Assembly (NCBI RefSeq): GCF_018350175.1
Contig: NC_058368.1
Coordinates: 190,032,001 to 190,096,000, forward strand
From: Felis catus
Taxonomy: Eukaryota
Length of the DNA: 64,000 bases
Direction of reading: 5' to 3'
Below are positions 1 through 12,451 of this stretch, piece after piece. The position numbers were made by a program, and so were the translations under genes. Position 1 is the stretch's first letter; each line of letters opens with the position of its first letter. The notes below the pieces were generated by a model. The model was not told where the DNA came from and did no database searches. It saw only the letters and a program-made list of their open reading frames with translations.

Positions 1-769
1 TTACATTTTTCTGTTGGGTTTCTTTTCTTCTTGTCCAAGCCTTGATGTTGAAGGGCTTGATGTAGTAGAAGAGACAGTTCTTGTGACATTTGCCTTCTGG
101 CTGCACTCCGGAGTGGAGAGGAATCTCAGTCAGGAGTCCCAGAACTTACAGCCAGAAGTGACTCTGGAGACCCTCTTCAATGGACCTCATCTTGCTGGGA
201 AATGTCCTCTCTTCCAAAACCAGGGTTGTCTCTGCACATTCCTTTGGCTCTCTGTGCTGGCCTCAGTCTATACTTTCTTCTTCCTAAAAGCAGTTTCAAA
301 TTAGGTTTTCAGGTTTCAAAATAAATAATTATTTTTTAAAAAAATCAACCAGTTTTTAGAAATATGCAACTTAGATTGTGAACATCTGCAATGCCCTGAG
401 AGAACCACCATTAACAATGGGCATTTGCTTCTCCATGTGTTCTCAATGCCTACACTTGTGTGTATTGTTATCAGTTTTTCATTAGGAGGGATTTTTAAAA
501 TGTGTATTTTCCTGAAATGTATTGTTTTGATCTAACTCCATTTTTAAACATTTTTTTCCGTTAGTACATCTAGATCCTCTTAATTCTTGTTTTGTTAGAC
601 TTCAATTTCTCTTCCATGAGACACTTTTTTTGCCCTTAGACTTCAACTTTCTATAGATGCATTTTGCTTTTAATGTGGCTGAGCTAGTTGAAACTTCCAT
701 TTGGCTCTTTTATTTTTCTTTTAACTTTTAGAGAAATGCTAAGAACCTTGTTTGGTGTTGCCTTGCCTT

Positions 770-1165
770 TGATGAGAGATTCTTAACTTCAGCTTCAAGG
801 GGTCTGTGGCAAGAGAGAAACCAATGTGAAGTTTTAGAAAAGAAAAGAAAATAAGAATTTGTTGTAAGGGTAACACAGAACTACCAGGTCTCAGGACATC
901 TGGACCACTAGGTCTCAGCAAAGGCAGACAAAGGCAACTTTGGGAATCGAGGCAGCAGGAACAAAGGAACAGATGAGTTGCTTCCATCTGTTTGGTTTTT
1001 GCAACATCACTCCATTGGCTTAGCTTGGAACATGGGCCACTCTTGGCCAGGGCCAGGTAGGACACCTTGATTGGCAGTCTCACAAGAACATGCAACAGGA
1101 TGGAAGGATTCCCATGAAGAAAAATTGGCGAGCCAATACTGCAAGTTGGTGGATGCAGTGCTAGC
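770..1165. mobile_element. Old MaLR (MLT1-like) LTR remnant
   Basis: Motifs such as gtggcaagagagaaaccaa and attggcttagcttggaacatgggccac resemble old MLT1 consensi; boundaries approximate. Confidence 0.4.
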
Positions 1166-1507
1166 ATAATTATAGGTACAAAAGAGCGTCCAAAGACCTT
1201 GGGAAATTTTGAATATGGGTTCGCTTGTGTGTATTCCCAGGACCCAGAAAAAGTTGCGACCACTGCTGTCATTTTGTCTCCTTCATCTGGTTGTGTCCAT
1301 ACTAAGTGATGATCCCATTAAGAACAAAATTAATAAACTTCCTCCTGGTTTTCTTTTTGTTCCGTAGGCCCTTAGGGCTGCTCATTTTCTTCTGCACAGA
1401 GATGCTTGGGTGGTTCTTCCTGGGTCATTTAGAATGACTGCCCACTGTTTCCAGGAGGGTGGAGGCCAGCACCTAAAGAGACAAATGTCTATGTTTATTC
1501 TTTGCAG

Positions 1508-1586
1508 GTACCTTTTTGCTCCAGCCTACACAGAAACCCATTATACTCCAAGTGGCAACGCTCAAACCACCATGCTGAAATCTGAG
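1508..1586 (+). CDS. ADAM19: ADAM19 exon 4 (prodomain)
   Basis: tttgcAG|g..gag|GTgagt; 79 nt; YLFAPAYTETHYTPSGNAQTTMLKSE. Confidence 0.92.
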
Positions 1587-2274
1587 GTGAGTTCAGGTCA
1601 GCAGGGATCTGTCAAGCAGCTGGCCTGTCCTGGTCCCACCCCCGGGAAGTGAGGAGATATGTGGTGGGCACAGTCCCTCCTCTGGAGGGATTGTTTGCCC
1701 TGACCCCAGACCCAGGGCATGAGCAGGAAAAGCAAAATGTGAATTTGTTGTTTCATAAAGGCTCCCTCTCTTCTGCTGACTAAAATGATCAGGCAAACAG
1801 AATATTTTAGGGTAAGTGCCTCTGACTACAATTGGCATAAATCATTACAAAGCAGACATTTTCTCTGTTGTATGTTAATCACCCACATATTAACAAAAGT
1901 TTAAGTAAAAGGAATGATTTACTGGTAATCCTGCCATTGCACTTAATTAGATGTTTAATTGAGACTTTTCCATATGGATGTATAAGGTTTTGTAGTCTGC
2001 CTTTTTTAATGGGATTTTAGGTTTCATAGATTTTCTTGTTTTGCTGCCATCTTCATATTGGATATTTTCCCCCTCAAAAGTGTTTTTGAGTTTGGCTATT
2101 TGCAAAAAGATTTGTCATTTAAAAAATGGTCTTTCAAATGGTTTCTCAAAAGGATGAATTTTAGTCTGCTTCACCACACCCCACTGGTGGGCACTTAAGG
2201 TAGTGAATTGTACACGTTTCATGGTCTGCTAGCTTTTCCTACTGAGGTACCTGCTAGTGTTCATGGGGTCAGAT

Positions 2275-2646
2275 CAGTGGTTCTCAGCTGGGAGTGATTT
2301 TGTTTAAAGTGTTTCTTTTATTTAAACTTTTGTTAACATGTGGGTAACTCACATAATGCAAGGAAAATAGGATTCGGGATGATTTATATCAATTTTAATC
2401 AGATGCAGTTACCCTAAAATATTCTATTTGTTTCTTTGACCATTTTGGCCAGCAAAGGCTTGGGGGACACTTGGCAATGTCTGGAGCCAGTTTTTGACTG
2501 TCATGACTGGGAGGTGGACACTACCAGCATCTGGTGGGTAGAAGCCAGGGATCCTGCTAAGTGTCCTACAGTGCATAAGGCAGCCTCTCCACAACAGAGG
2601 ATTATCTGGCCCCAAATGTCAACAGTGCCCAAGGTGAGACACTCTG
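2275..2646 (+). mobile_element. MER20 (hAT-Charlie), interrupted by ~160 bp
   Basis: cagtggttctca..gattttg (2275-2302), then ggggacacttggcaatgtctggag...aaatgtcaacagtgcccaagg..ctctg (2462-2646). Confidence 0.8.
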
Positions 2647-4351
2647 GATTAGAGTGACCCTTCTCGGACCATGCAGATGAGATGGGGTGAAGAAGGGAAG
2701 ATGGAACACCGGTGGTCTTCTGCCTTTGGGTCAGGACATCACGCACTTTTGTGGCATATAGATGTGGAGGTGTGGTGTATAGGGCCACAGGGTAGGTCCC
2801 TCTGCCTCAGTGCTCCTCTGGCAGCTTCCCATGGAATCTTAGATTCCTGCATGACCCATCTTTAAAATATCCCTGTTAGAGGGTAGATGTCCAAAAGGCC
2901 ATGGCAGCCACCATCAGTCAGTAAAAGCTCAGATTAGTTTATCAGCTTAGCCTTGGATGGGGAAAGAGACTCAGGACAGCTAAGTTTTAATAGATCTAAG
3001 AGGTCTGGAGCATAGTAATCAGGTGGCTGAGATGCTGTGTTGGATTGCTGCATGTGAAGATTAATGCAATCTTACTCACCAAGACCTTCCTGGATAGGGA
3101 AGGAATTGGCAGTGTGGCCACTACCCACAACAGGCAAGTTGACTATGTCTTCTCATCTCTGGGGAGGCTATCCAGCTGTGGCTCCCCACCTTCTTCAGTA
3201 TCCCTGGTCAAAACCTCTTCCATCATTGAGACTAAAGTTCTGTGCCTCCAGGGAGGGAGGGAGAGGGCAGGCACGCCTCGAAAGCCCCTACACATAAGGA
3301 CCTCACAAAGCACGGTCCTCTCAGTTTGGCTCCTGCACTTCTCTACCCACAGCTCAAGAATGGGTCTCAGTGCACAAGTTTACCATGAGCTCATACTTCC
3401 TGCTATGAAAGCCCCCTTGGGTGGCCCCCTCAGGCCGAGAAGCTGAGAAGGAATGCGATGACTTCATGACTGTTCATTTACTTGTTCTTTGTGCTCTCAG
3501 AGTCAGGCAGAGATGCTGTGAGGGCCTTTCAGATGGAAGAGAACTTCCCCTCATTCCCAGAACTCTCCTTCTTCCGGAAGGTCTTGTTGACCAAAGCACA
3601 TCCTAGCTGAAGTATAGGATAACCCATTGTTTTCTTATATCCCCTCCTGCAGGACTCTTGCAAAGCCCCCACCCGGCCTCAGGGAGCTCCTAGTCAGCTT
3701 TCTTATCTGGGAGCTGAGGACTTCAAAGAGAAATGAGAATAGAATAAACCATTTGGCTGTCCTTGACCCCAATGTTGAGAGCCACGCCCTGCTACCAGCC
3801 TGGGCCTGGGATAGTGGGAGCTCTGGAGCTCTGGGAACTTCCTCAAACTCATCAGCCAGGCCTGTAGGAGTTACAGAGTTTGGGGTCTAAAGCCAGGGTT
3901 GTAGCCTTGGCTTTAACTAGCTATGTGACCTTCAGCAACCCTTTGACCACACTAGTGTTGAGTTTCTTCATCAGAAAACTGGATACGCTAAGATCTGACT
4001 CTCAGAGCTGTAGAAGGGTACAATGAATCACTGGTTTTATGAGAATTTATAAACATCTCTCCCAACACCACATTTTATTCATGAGGAAATGGAGAGAAGA
4101 GAAAAAGTAACATGCTTACCTTCAGATAACCAGTAAATGGCAAGGCTTAGACTAGAGCTCAGTCCTCCTTGGTGCTAGAAGAGAGAAGAGCTGTAACAAA
4201 TGAAGCCCTGTGCACTTTCCTGGGGCTGCTTTTGCCAGGGGTGGCTATGGAGTCTGGAGTCAGGCTGCTATCATTCCAGTCTCCACCTGGGTGTGTGACC
4301 TTGGGAAAGACTTGAAACCTCTCCAACCTTTAGTTTCCTCCCCCCACCTCC

Positions 4352-4558
4352 TTTTTTTTTTTTAATTAATTTATTTTGAGAGAGACAGAGCATGAGTGGG
4401 AGAGGGGCAGAGAGGGAGAGAGAGAGAGAATACCAAGCAAGCTCCACACTGTCAGCACAGAGCCTGATGTGGGACTTGAACCCACAAAACCGTGAAATCA
4501 TGACCCGAGCTGAAATCAGGACTCGGATGCTTAACTGACTGAGCTACCCAGGTGCCCC
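4352..4558 (-). mobile_element. Felid-type Can-SINE inserted in a MIR
   Basis: poly-T, (AG)n, tgtcagcacagagcctg, ends ccaggtgcccc; tagtttcc repeated at 4331-4338 and 4559-4566; MIR halves on both sides. Confidence 0.9.
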
Positions 4559-5961
4559 TAGTTTCCCTTTTTAAAAAATGGGAATAATAATATCTACCTC
4601 CTAAGGCTGTGACATTGTCAGAATTAAAAGAAAAAACTCGACATCAGTTTTTTTATCCAGTAGTAAGGGCTGGATAGATGTTAGCCCTTACTGTTTGTAA
4701 CAGGAAATGGTGGGATCATTATCATACACGATGATGTGTGTGAAAGCCCCTGGTAAATTTAAAGCATGTTACAAAAGTCAGTTGTTAATGCTATTTCAGA
4801 GAGCACTCAGTGAACACATCAGTCCAAAGATGTACAAAGAGGTACAGGGATCCTTCAGTCCCATCCCTGGATCTGAATTCTCTTTATCTGTAGAGGTACT
4901 TAGATTTTTGAAACTAGCTGACCCCCATTCTGAACTTCTTGACTCCCCGTCATTCCAACATCTGCGAACCCCTTTTACTCCATAAAAGCCAGGCCCCCTC
5001 TTCCACTTGTGAATGATCCTGGGCCGTGGAGTTCATGGCCCTGTAGCTGAGTTCTAAGGATCAGGTTCAGAATCCGAGCATTTGATGATGCGTCTCCAGG
5101 TCTTGGAATCTGGGGATGGAGGGAGAAACCATGTGATAGTCTGGCATTTGCAAGCAGATGCAATCGTGGCTGGAAAAAAGGTTGTCCCTGCCTCACCTTG
5201 TCTCATAGGTGCAACACAGTGGCTTTCCTTTGTGCACCTCTGGTCAGAATCTGACTTGTTTGATGTCCAGGAGAGTTTGATGCAGAGAGGGGCTGCTGCC
5301 TGTCCCTCGTCCGGAGGGCCTGAGCCCAAATGGATGGAGGAGCCTCGCTGCTGGCCAGTGGGTTGTCGCCAGGTGGAAGGGCACCCACCAGTGGTCTGGG
5401 GACTGACCCTGACCTGAGTGCCAGCCTGGCCCATGTCCTGTGATCTGACTGCGTGGCTCAGCTGCATGGGACATAGAACTGGTGTGGCGATGACTGAGGA
5501 TTCAGGCTCTTGGTTGGCTTCCAGCTCTCTCGAGGCCACATTTTGCCTTTGACAAGGAGAATTTAACGCCTATAACATGATCACTAAGGTTTATTGCCGG
5601 CCACTCTGGGCCAGGCGCCCTGCACTAGGTCCTTGATGTACTGTATTCTCACAGCCACCTCGTGAGGTAGAGACTGAAGACACTGGAGGTCTGAAAGACA
5701 TTGTGAACTGTTTGCATCACTGGCAGGTGTGGGAGCTTGTGTTTAAATCTGGCCTGGCTGTGCCAAAATGCTTGAATTTAATTATTGGGCTGTCCTGCCT
5801 CAAGGGTGGGTGGAAGGTGGAGCCAGAGAATATGCAGGAATGGGTTAGCTATCTCCTGGGTCACATCCTTGCCGGCTGGGGATCAAAGAACAACTACAAG
5901 CAAGTGTGGTCCTGGTGATAGATCACTTGGATTGTTCTGTAGGCTGATGCCCGAGATTTCT

Positions 5962-6062
5962 TTTTTTTTAAAGATTCTATCTACGCCCAACGTGGGGCTC
6001 AAACCCACAACCCCAAGATCAAATGTCACGCGCTTCACTGACTGAGTCAGCATGGCATCCCT
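5962..6062 (-). mobile_element. Short tRNA-Lys-derived SINE lacking the (CT)n segment
   Basis: Reverse complement resembles tRNA-Lys(CTT) plus an A tail; perfect 17 bp TSD tgatgcccgagatttct at 5945-5961 and 6063-6079. Confidence 0.85.
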
Positions 6063-6721
6063 TGATGCCCGAGATTTCTGATTGGCCCCACTCTGCATTG
6101 GGGGGGGAAAGAGAGAGCTCCTGGGTCTGCAGCTACATAGCTTGTACCCTTCCTAAGACCTTTGCAGAACCTGGCTCTGCCCTGGGGATTTTCCCTTCTC
6201 TCTGTTCTGACCAGCTTCTCTCTTTTGAACTATCTGGGAAGAGGCTTGGAGGAGCGCGTCCCTCGTTATCACCCTGTAGGGGAAAGTCGTGGTTTGTGCT
6301 TCAGTGCTCCCACAGCTGTGTTGGCCTCGTAGATGCTCTGGTGAGCCTACTTATGAAACACTCTGCTGGCACCTCCCAACTTTTACTTCAAGCCTCTCTT
6401 CACAGTTTGTAATTAAATCTTTGTATGGCTTTTTAATTAAGATTGGCTCTCACAAGCCTGTAAGCCCCAGGAAGGCTGGAGCTGTGTCTGTTCGCTCCTT
6501 GCTGTGTCTCCCGGGCCTGGCTGGGGGGCCTGGCGCATGGTGCGGTGCTCAGCAGCTGTCTGTAGTCACAAGGAGTCCAGCCAGGTCGGGAAGACCAGAT
6601 GGCTGTGAGACACAGCAGTGAGAGAAGAGCATCAGAGCTCCATGCATCCATGGATGCAGGTGCCAAGTCAAGTCTGGTCCAGACACACAGGGACTCAGGG
6701 GAGGTGGGGAAGAAGGGGGGC

Positions 6722-7125
6722 TGTTGGATTCCCAGGGCTGCCATAGCAAAGCAGTGTGAACTCGGGAGTGTAAAACGCAGTTCCGGAGGCTGCAAGTCCA
6801 AAATCACAGTGTCAGCAGGGGCCAGGCTTCCGCTGTAGTCCCTTGGGAGGAATGCTTCCTTGCCTTTTCTAGCTTCTGGTGGCTCCTGGCAGAGTCTGTG
6901 GTGCTGCTTGGCTTGTAGCTGCATCTGTCTAATCTCTGCCACTGTCTTCCAGTGGCCTCTTCTCTGTCCGTCTGTTTGTCTGTCTCTCTGTGTCCTCTCC
7001 TCTTTTTCTAATAAAGAAAAATGATAAAGTCCAGTGTGACTTCATCTTAATTTAATGACATCTATAAAGACCCCATTCCAAATAAGATCACACTAAGGTT
7101 CTGGGTGGACACACATTTCAACTCT
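6722..7125 (-). mobile_element. MaLR solo LTR (MLT1B/C/D-like)
   Basis: agggctgccatagcaaa...gttccggaggctgcaagtccaaaatcacagtgtcagcaggg...ttccaaataagatcacactaaggttctggg. Confidence 0.75.
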
Positions 7126-7465
7126 GCGGGGCAGCCACAGAGGTGACCCCAGCCAGTGTTTCCTGTGGTCACATGTCCTGGAAAGAGCTCTGAACTAGAC
7201 CTGAAGTCCTGGCTTCTCTGACTAGCAGGGAAACCTTTGGAAAATCTTTTTGCTTCTCTGAATCTCGGCTGCTTCATCTGTTCAGTCGGGATGATGTCCC
7301 ACCTCCCAGGACTATTATGAGGATGAAATAAAATGGTGGCTTGGAAAGCTCTTTGCAGAGTGTAAGTTAAGATCTATATAATCATCCCTGACCTTCATGA
7401 GACATTAACATCGCCATGCTTATCAGCGTCCTTTGGCCTGACCACCCCCCTTTTCTCCTTGCTAG

Positions 7466-7542
7466 GACCACTGCTTTTACCACGGGACGGTGAGGAAGGC
7501 AGAACAGTCCAGTGTCACACTCAGCACCTGCCGGGGAATAAG
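7466..7542 (+). CDS. ADAM19: ADAM19 exon 5 (prodomain)
   Basis: gctAG|gac..ag|GTaaga; 77 nt; DHCFYHGTVRKAEQSSVTLSTCRGI. Confidence 0.96.
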
Positions 7543-7754
7543 GTAAGAGGCCCTGACAGTGCTGGCGGAGCACCTGGCCCTCTCTCTAGACAAGTGGTAG
7601 GGCTGGCCCTGGGCAGGGTCCTTGAGAAGCTGTCCGTTGAGAGTGTATGCCAGCCAGTTCTAAGAAGGGCTGAGCTTGGGAGAGAAGAGGGGAATCCTTG
7701 ATGATCCACATTTTCACTTGGATTGAGCTCTCTCTTTCCTGAGGAACTTGAATT

Positions 7755-8197
7755 TGTTATTATTTAGGGATGGTGAAGCCAACAGGCCAGGAGATGACTG
7801 CCATTGAAAAAATAGTTTATTGTACTCAAGATCCCAAGAGGAGGGGCCCACCGCATAGGGAAGCATACGGGTCAGTCAGGGGGCAGGGTGTGGGAGATGG
7901 GAGGATGTGGGCAAGAGTCTTTACTGTGGTTTCTACAGGAAGAAACAGGCAAAGCAGGGTAAGTATGTTTAGTATTGGCTACTTGGAATAATTCAGTGGG
8001 ATCTGAGGCACAGGGGCTCTTCCCAGTTGTCTGGAACCTGGCCCTGGGGTGACCAGGGTAGGGGGACAGGGGCCCAGAGGGTGAGAGCCTGAATTTGAAA
8101 CTTGTTTACCATCCTGGGAATGGGCCGATCCTGAGAAGGGCAAGGCCTCAGCTGTCAAAGAATCAGAATATCGAAAATAAAAGACAGGGTTCATACA
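7755..8197 (-). mobile_element. ERVL-class solo LTR (MER76-like)
   Basis: TG...CA termini; gatggtgaagccaacaggccaggagatgactgccattgaaaa and tgtcaaagaatcagaata resemble the recalled consensus; subfamily unverified. Confidence 0.6.
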
Positions 8198-8962
8198 CTT
8201 GAAATGAGTGTGAGCACTTATTCCCACTTCTCCTTTGCTCTTCTCTGGTAGAAGTACTTGTAGGCGGTAAGAAAGGAAATGGAAGAGGAGAGGAGAAGAG
8301 AAAGGGAAAGCAAGGTCACTTTCAAGAAGGTCCAGCTAGGTCCTTGGAAAGGTCCACTGGAAAGAGAATGGCTCTTCATTCTCTGAGCCAGACTCCTGGG
8401 TTTGAGCCAGGAGCAGTTGACCAGCTGGGTGACCCTGGGCCTCAGTGGTCTCCTGTGTAACATGTGGATAAGGGGGAAATGTCCCTAGTGTCACAAGGAT
8501 TGAATGTGTTAATAGATCTCTAACGTTCAGAACTGGCTGGCATAAAGTAGCACTCAACAGCCTCCTGGCCCCTTGCTTCCTAGGTGTGCCCCGTTAGAGG
8601 GGCGATATTGACACCACCTGGGAGCCTCTTCAAAATGCAGTATCTCAGGTCCCACCCAGAACAAGTGGATCACAATCTACATTTTACCAAGATCCCCAGG
8701 GGATTCGTGTGCACATTACAGTTTGTACCTGAGAATACATGTTTCTCAAATACTTGTTTCTCTCCTCCAGCCTATGCTAGTGCTTGGCATATAGTAGGAT
8801 CTACTCATGTATGTTGAAGTAATAAATATCATTCATTTAGACTCTTCCCACTCTCTCCTTCTTTTGGAAAAGAGATGAGGATCTGAAAAACCTGTATTCT
8901 AATTGCCAATACTACTTGTTTTACAATTGGGTTTTAATTGCCTATACTATGTGGCACCTATA

Positions 8963-9158
8963 CCCAGTGTGTTGATGAATTGGCACTATGGGGGAAAAAA
9001 GGGGCAAAAAAGCCCTGAGTTGTAGTATCTGCCAATATGCTGGTAGAACTACTCCCACCATAACCAATTTAAAGCTATGAACATGACGTTACTGAAGGCA
9101 GCATTGGGAGGTATGCACACGATGGGCTCCCATGAATTAGTAGGAGGCGTTTCCACTG
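8963..9158. mobile_element. MER63-like hAT element
   Basis: ccagtg...cactg inverted ends; aaaaagccctgagttgtag and actcccaccataaccaatttaaagcta core. Confidence 0.6.
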
Positions 9159-10755
9159 TGTACCCTTCCTCTATGTTGGTCAGTTCATTCAGTGACTGTT
9201 TCTTTCATTCAAATTAATTTCGGGTGCCTACTCTAAGCCCATGTCCTACACAGGTAGAGGAAAGACAGACATTGAAAAGTAATTTTCTGGGCCCTCAGTT
9301 TCCTAATCTGTAAAATGGACGTTGATGATAGGCATGGTAGACCATGTTAAGTGCTGTGTTAGCTCTATAGCACTCTACAGACATACGGGATTATTATCAT
9401 TTTACAACAGGAAGCCATGCTAACTAAGACTTACCCCAGGCTCACATGCAAGTGCAAGGCCCCTCATGCTGTAGATCCCATGTGTTTGTTTATAAACTGG
9501 ACCATGTCTCCTCTGTAAGGCCTCGTGTTGAGTCTGCCGGAGGGAATTAGGCAGGAAACAAGCTTTGGCTGGGAGACCATAACTGTGGCTCCAGATCCCC
9601 TGCTCGGATGACCTGGTTGAGCCAAACCAACTGGTCTCCCAGTGGTGTTTACAGGCCCAGCCACCACCACCTGCAGTCTGCAAGTAAACAATGTGGCTCC
9701 CAAGAAGGAAGAAACGGAACATGCAGGTGTGACTTGCTTCTCTCTTCCTCTGTCTCCATGGTCTGGAGCAGTGGGAACTTGGCTTGGACTCTTGCAAATC
9801 ATTCCTGCAGCCGTGCTGACAGGGGGAAACCGGGTGAGCCGTCCATGTGTTTCTATTTTGCATGCTTCCCTCTGGTGCAGTCCACCCATCTGACTTTTCC
9901 AGCCTTCTCACTGCGCACCTTAAGAACTTACGGGTGTCTGTGGGCCCGGCTGACCTCAGAGCCAGAGACGCGTGCCAGATGTCTCGATTCAGACTCTAGA
10001 GAAGGAGAGGCTGCAGCAGCCTTCTAACCCACGTAACCCCCAAGTCACTCCCCAGGCTCATAAAACGATGCTGCAATGGAAAAAATCTCCATCGTGATTG
10101 TGCTTCCCTCCTGGGAACATGCCCCTCGTGATTGGAGAAAATAGGTAGGACTTATACCAAATGGAACCTTCAGGCTGATAATACAAATACAGAGGAGCTC
10201 ACCTGAGTTTCCAGATTGTTGCTGGGCCCCCTCGTCTCTCCAAAACAGTACTTTGGGTGACTTTAATTGAAGCAGTAATACATGATCATAGTAAAAGCAA
10301 ATTCAAATAGTATAAAAGAGGGTATAATGAAGGACAGGTTTCTTTTTCACCCAGGATTTTCGGGTTCCTCCCTCCCCAGAGGCAGCCTTTGTTACCAGTT
10401 ATCTTATTTATCCTTTTAGAAATACTTTTTTCAAAAAAAGAACATTGATATGTAATATAGTGTTTTGTAATCCCATTTGGGCCACTGACACCTTTGAGAA
10501 TCACGTGGCAGCTGTGGATACTCATAAAATACACAAGTGAAATACCATTTCACTAGGGATGCTGGGTGTCCATGCCCCCGAAGCCTGTCTCTGATCAACG
10601 ACTCATCCTCTAGATGTCTACCTGACTTTTCACATGTACAAATGCTTTGCAAAGTAACACAGTATAAATGTGAGGAGGGATGATTATTTGTGAAGAAATC
10701 TAGAAAGTACTGAGATGAAGTGATCGTGAGTGAGTCTGTGGGTTCTGGGAGATAC

Positions 10756-10757
<2 letters not shown>

Positions 10758-10798
<41 letters not shown>
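10758..10798. repeat. (TG)20 microsatellite
   Basis: uninterrupted TG run. Confidence 0.98.
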
Positions 10799-10802
<4 letters not shown>

Positions 10803-10850
10803 AGCTCACTGTCATCAAGAGAGGTATTGATTGCAAAAAAACATTTTTTT

Positions 10851-11012
10851 AAGTTTATTTATTTATTTTGAGAGTGAAAGCGAGGGGTGCAGAGAGCGAG
10901 GGAGAGTCTTAAGCAGGCTCCATTTGGGGCTCAATCACACCAATTGTGAGATCACGACCAGAGCCAAGATCAGGAGTTGGACACTCAATCGGCTGAGACA
11001 CCCAGGCACCCC
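10851..11012 (-). mobile_element. Can-SINE
   Basis: ends cccaggcacccc; 13 bp TSD aaaacattttttt at 10838-10850 and 11013-11025. Confidence 0.9.
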
Positions 11013-12239
11013 AAAACATTTTTTTACCTCAGTGGTAAGTTGTTTATTTTTAAAGAAAATGCTTATTAAAAATTATTCTTGTACAACTAGTGTGTTAAGC
11101 ATTCAAATAATCCAGAAATATCCAGTTAAAAGAAGTGCAAGTTCTGTATCCTGTTCCACGGTTCCATACAATTGCATCTCCATGTATAATCACTGTTGGG
11201 GGTGTACAGAAATGCAAGGCACACCCGTGTGCATACCTGGTGTTTCTTAATCCAAACGAGGTTACCCGGTACATAACATTCTGTAATTGTTTTCCAACTT
11301 AACACTATGTCTTAGACACATGTAGATCTACCTCATTCTTTGCATGGCTGCATATGTACGTGTGTCTGGCAAGTTCATATACAGAGAAGGATATACAATA
11401 AATCATCTGTGGTTTTTATCTGATGCTTCACTCCTGCAGTGGCTCTGTCCTCAAAACTCTGGGGCCCCCACTGACTGTGGTTATACCTTACTCCTGCCCA
11501 GGACTCAAGTCTGTGAGAGAGGCCAGAGAGAAAGAATATGAGATTAAAAGTGAATGCAAGATTATGTGTGCATGATGGCCTGGAAGGAGCTCAGAACTGA
11601 GAGTCAAGGAACCTGTGTTTGAGACCTAGCTCCACGCCTCCTGGCTGTGTGATCTCAAGCTTTCCCCTCCCCAAATCATTTTCTCCTTGGCTTTACCTTG
11701 GCTGGGCTGGCACCTCCCATGGGCCTTACTCAGTTTTGCAGACGTTGCTCATGGTGCAAGGGCTGCGGGTGGGCGGTGGGGGTGGGGGCTGGTGTCAGGA
11801 TCCCACTGGGGAGTGAGGAGCCTGTTGATCACAAGACTGGGCTCTTCCCCCTGGCTCTAGCTACTGACCTTGACCAGTTCCTTCTTCTCTGGGCTTTGGT
11901 TCCTCTCATCTGAAAAAGGAAGGTAGATCAGATCACGCAAAGGGCTCTTCCGTGTTGGAAGTTCTGTGTTGCAGAGACAGTGGACAGTCTCAGGGAGCTG
12001 GGCACCTGGGGCAGGAGGAGGTGGCTCATAAGTACATGGCAGTCCATCCTTGTCTTCGCTTTGCCAAGGAGTGGCATGGCCTTTCCCTTTTGAATATCTG
12101 GCCTTCCTTCTGAAGAACAGACAATAAATGCTACCTGTGTATCAGGCACAGAGTAAGTCTTCACAGGGCAGTACCGTTCAGTCATGACAGGTGTAGATTC
12201 GGGACTCAAGCCATTCCTGTTTTAAAACCTGACAACTCA

Positions 12240-12451
12240 GGGCAGCTGGGTGACTCAGTCAGTTAAGTGTCCAACTTCGGCAAAGGTCATGATCTCACGG
12301 TTTGTGAGTTCAAGCTCTGCATTGGGGTCTCTGCTGTCAGCACGGAGCCTGCTTCAGATCCTCTGTCTCCCTCTCTGTCTGCCCTTCCCCCACTATCTTT
12401 CTCTCTTGATCTCTCTCTCTCAAAAATAAATAAACATTAAAAAAATTTAAA
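12240..12451 (+). mobile_element. Felid-type Can-SINE
   Basis: ggggcagctgggtgactcagtcagtt, (CT)n, aataaa tail; 16 bp TSD aaaacctgacaactca at 12224-12239 and 12452-12467. Confidence 0.93.

Noticed and set aside
595..646. 11 bp direct repeat ttagacttcaa as a TSD
   Set aside because: The ~30 bp between the copies has no identifiable element, and its short T run is not adjacent to a repeat copy; too weak to call.
739..1272. 177 aa - strand ORF
   Set aside because: No recognisable domain; overlaps an old MaLR-like remnant inside an ADAM19 intron, so most likely a chance ORF.
5962..6062. Functional tRNA-Lys gene
   Set aside because: The anticodon arm and stems are degenerate, and the A tail plus TSD mark it as a retroposed copy.
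6433..6942. 169 aa - strand ORF
   Set aside because: Its N-terminal half is translated MLT1 LTR sequence, and it has no splice or homology support.
9420..10027. Several overlapping 139-163 aa ORFs on both strands
   Set aside because: No recognisable protein family; ORFs in several frames on both strands suggest stop-poor GC-balanced sequence rather than a gene.
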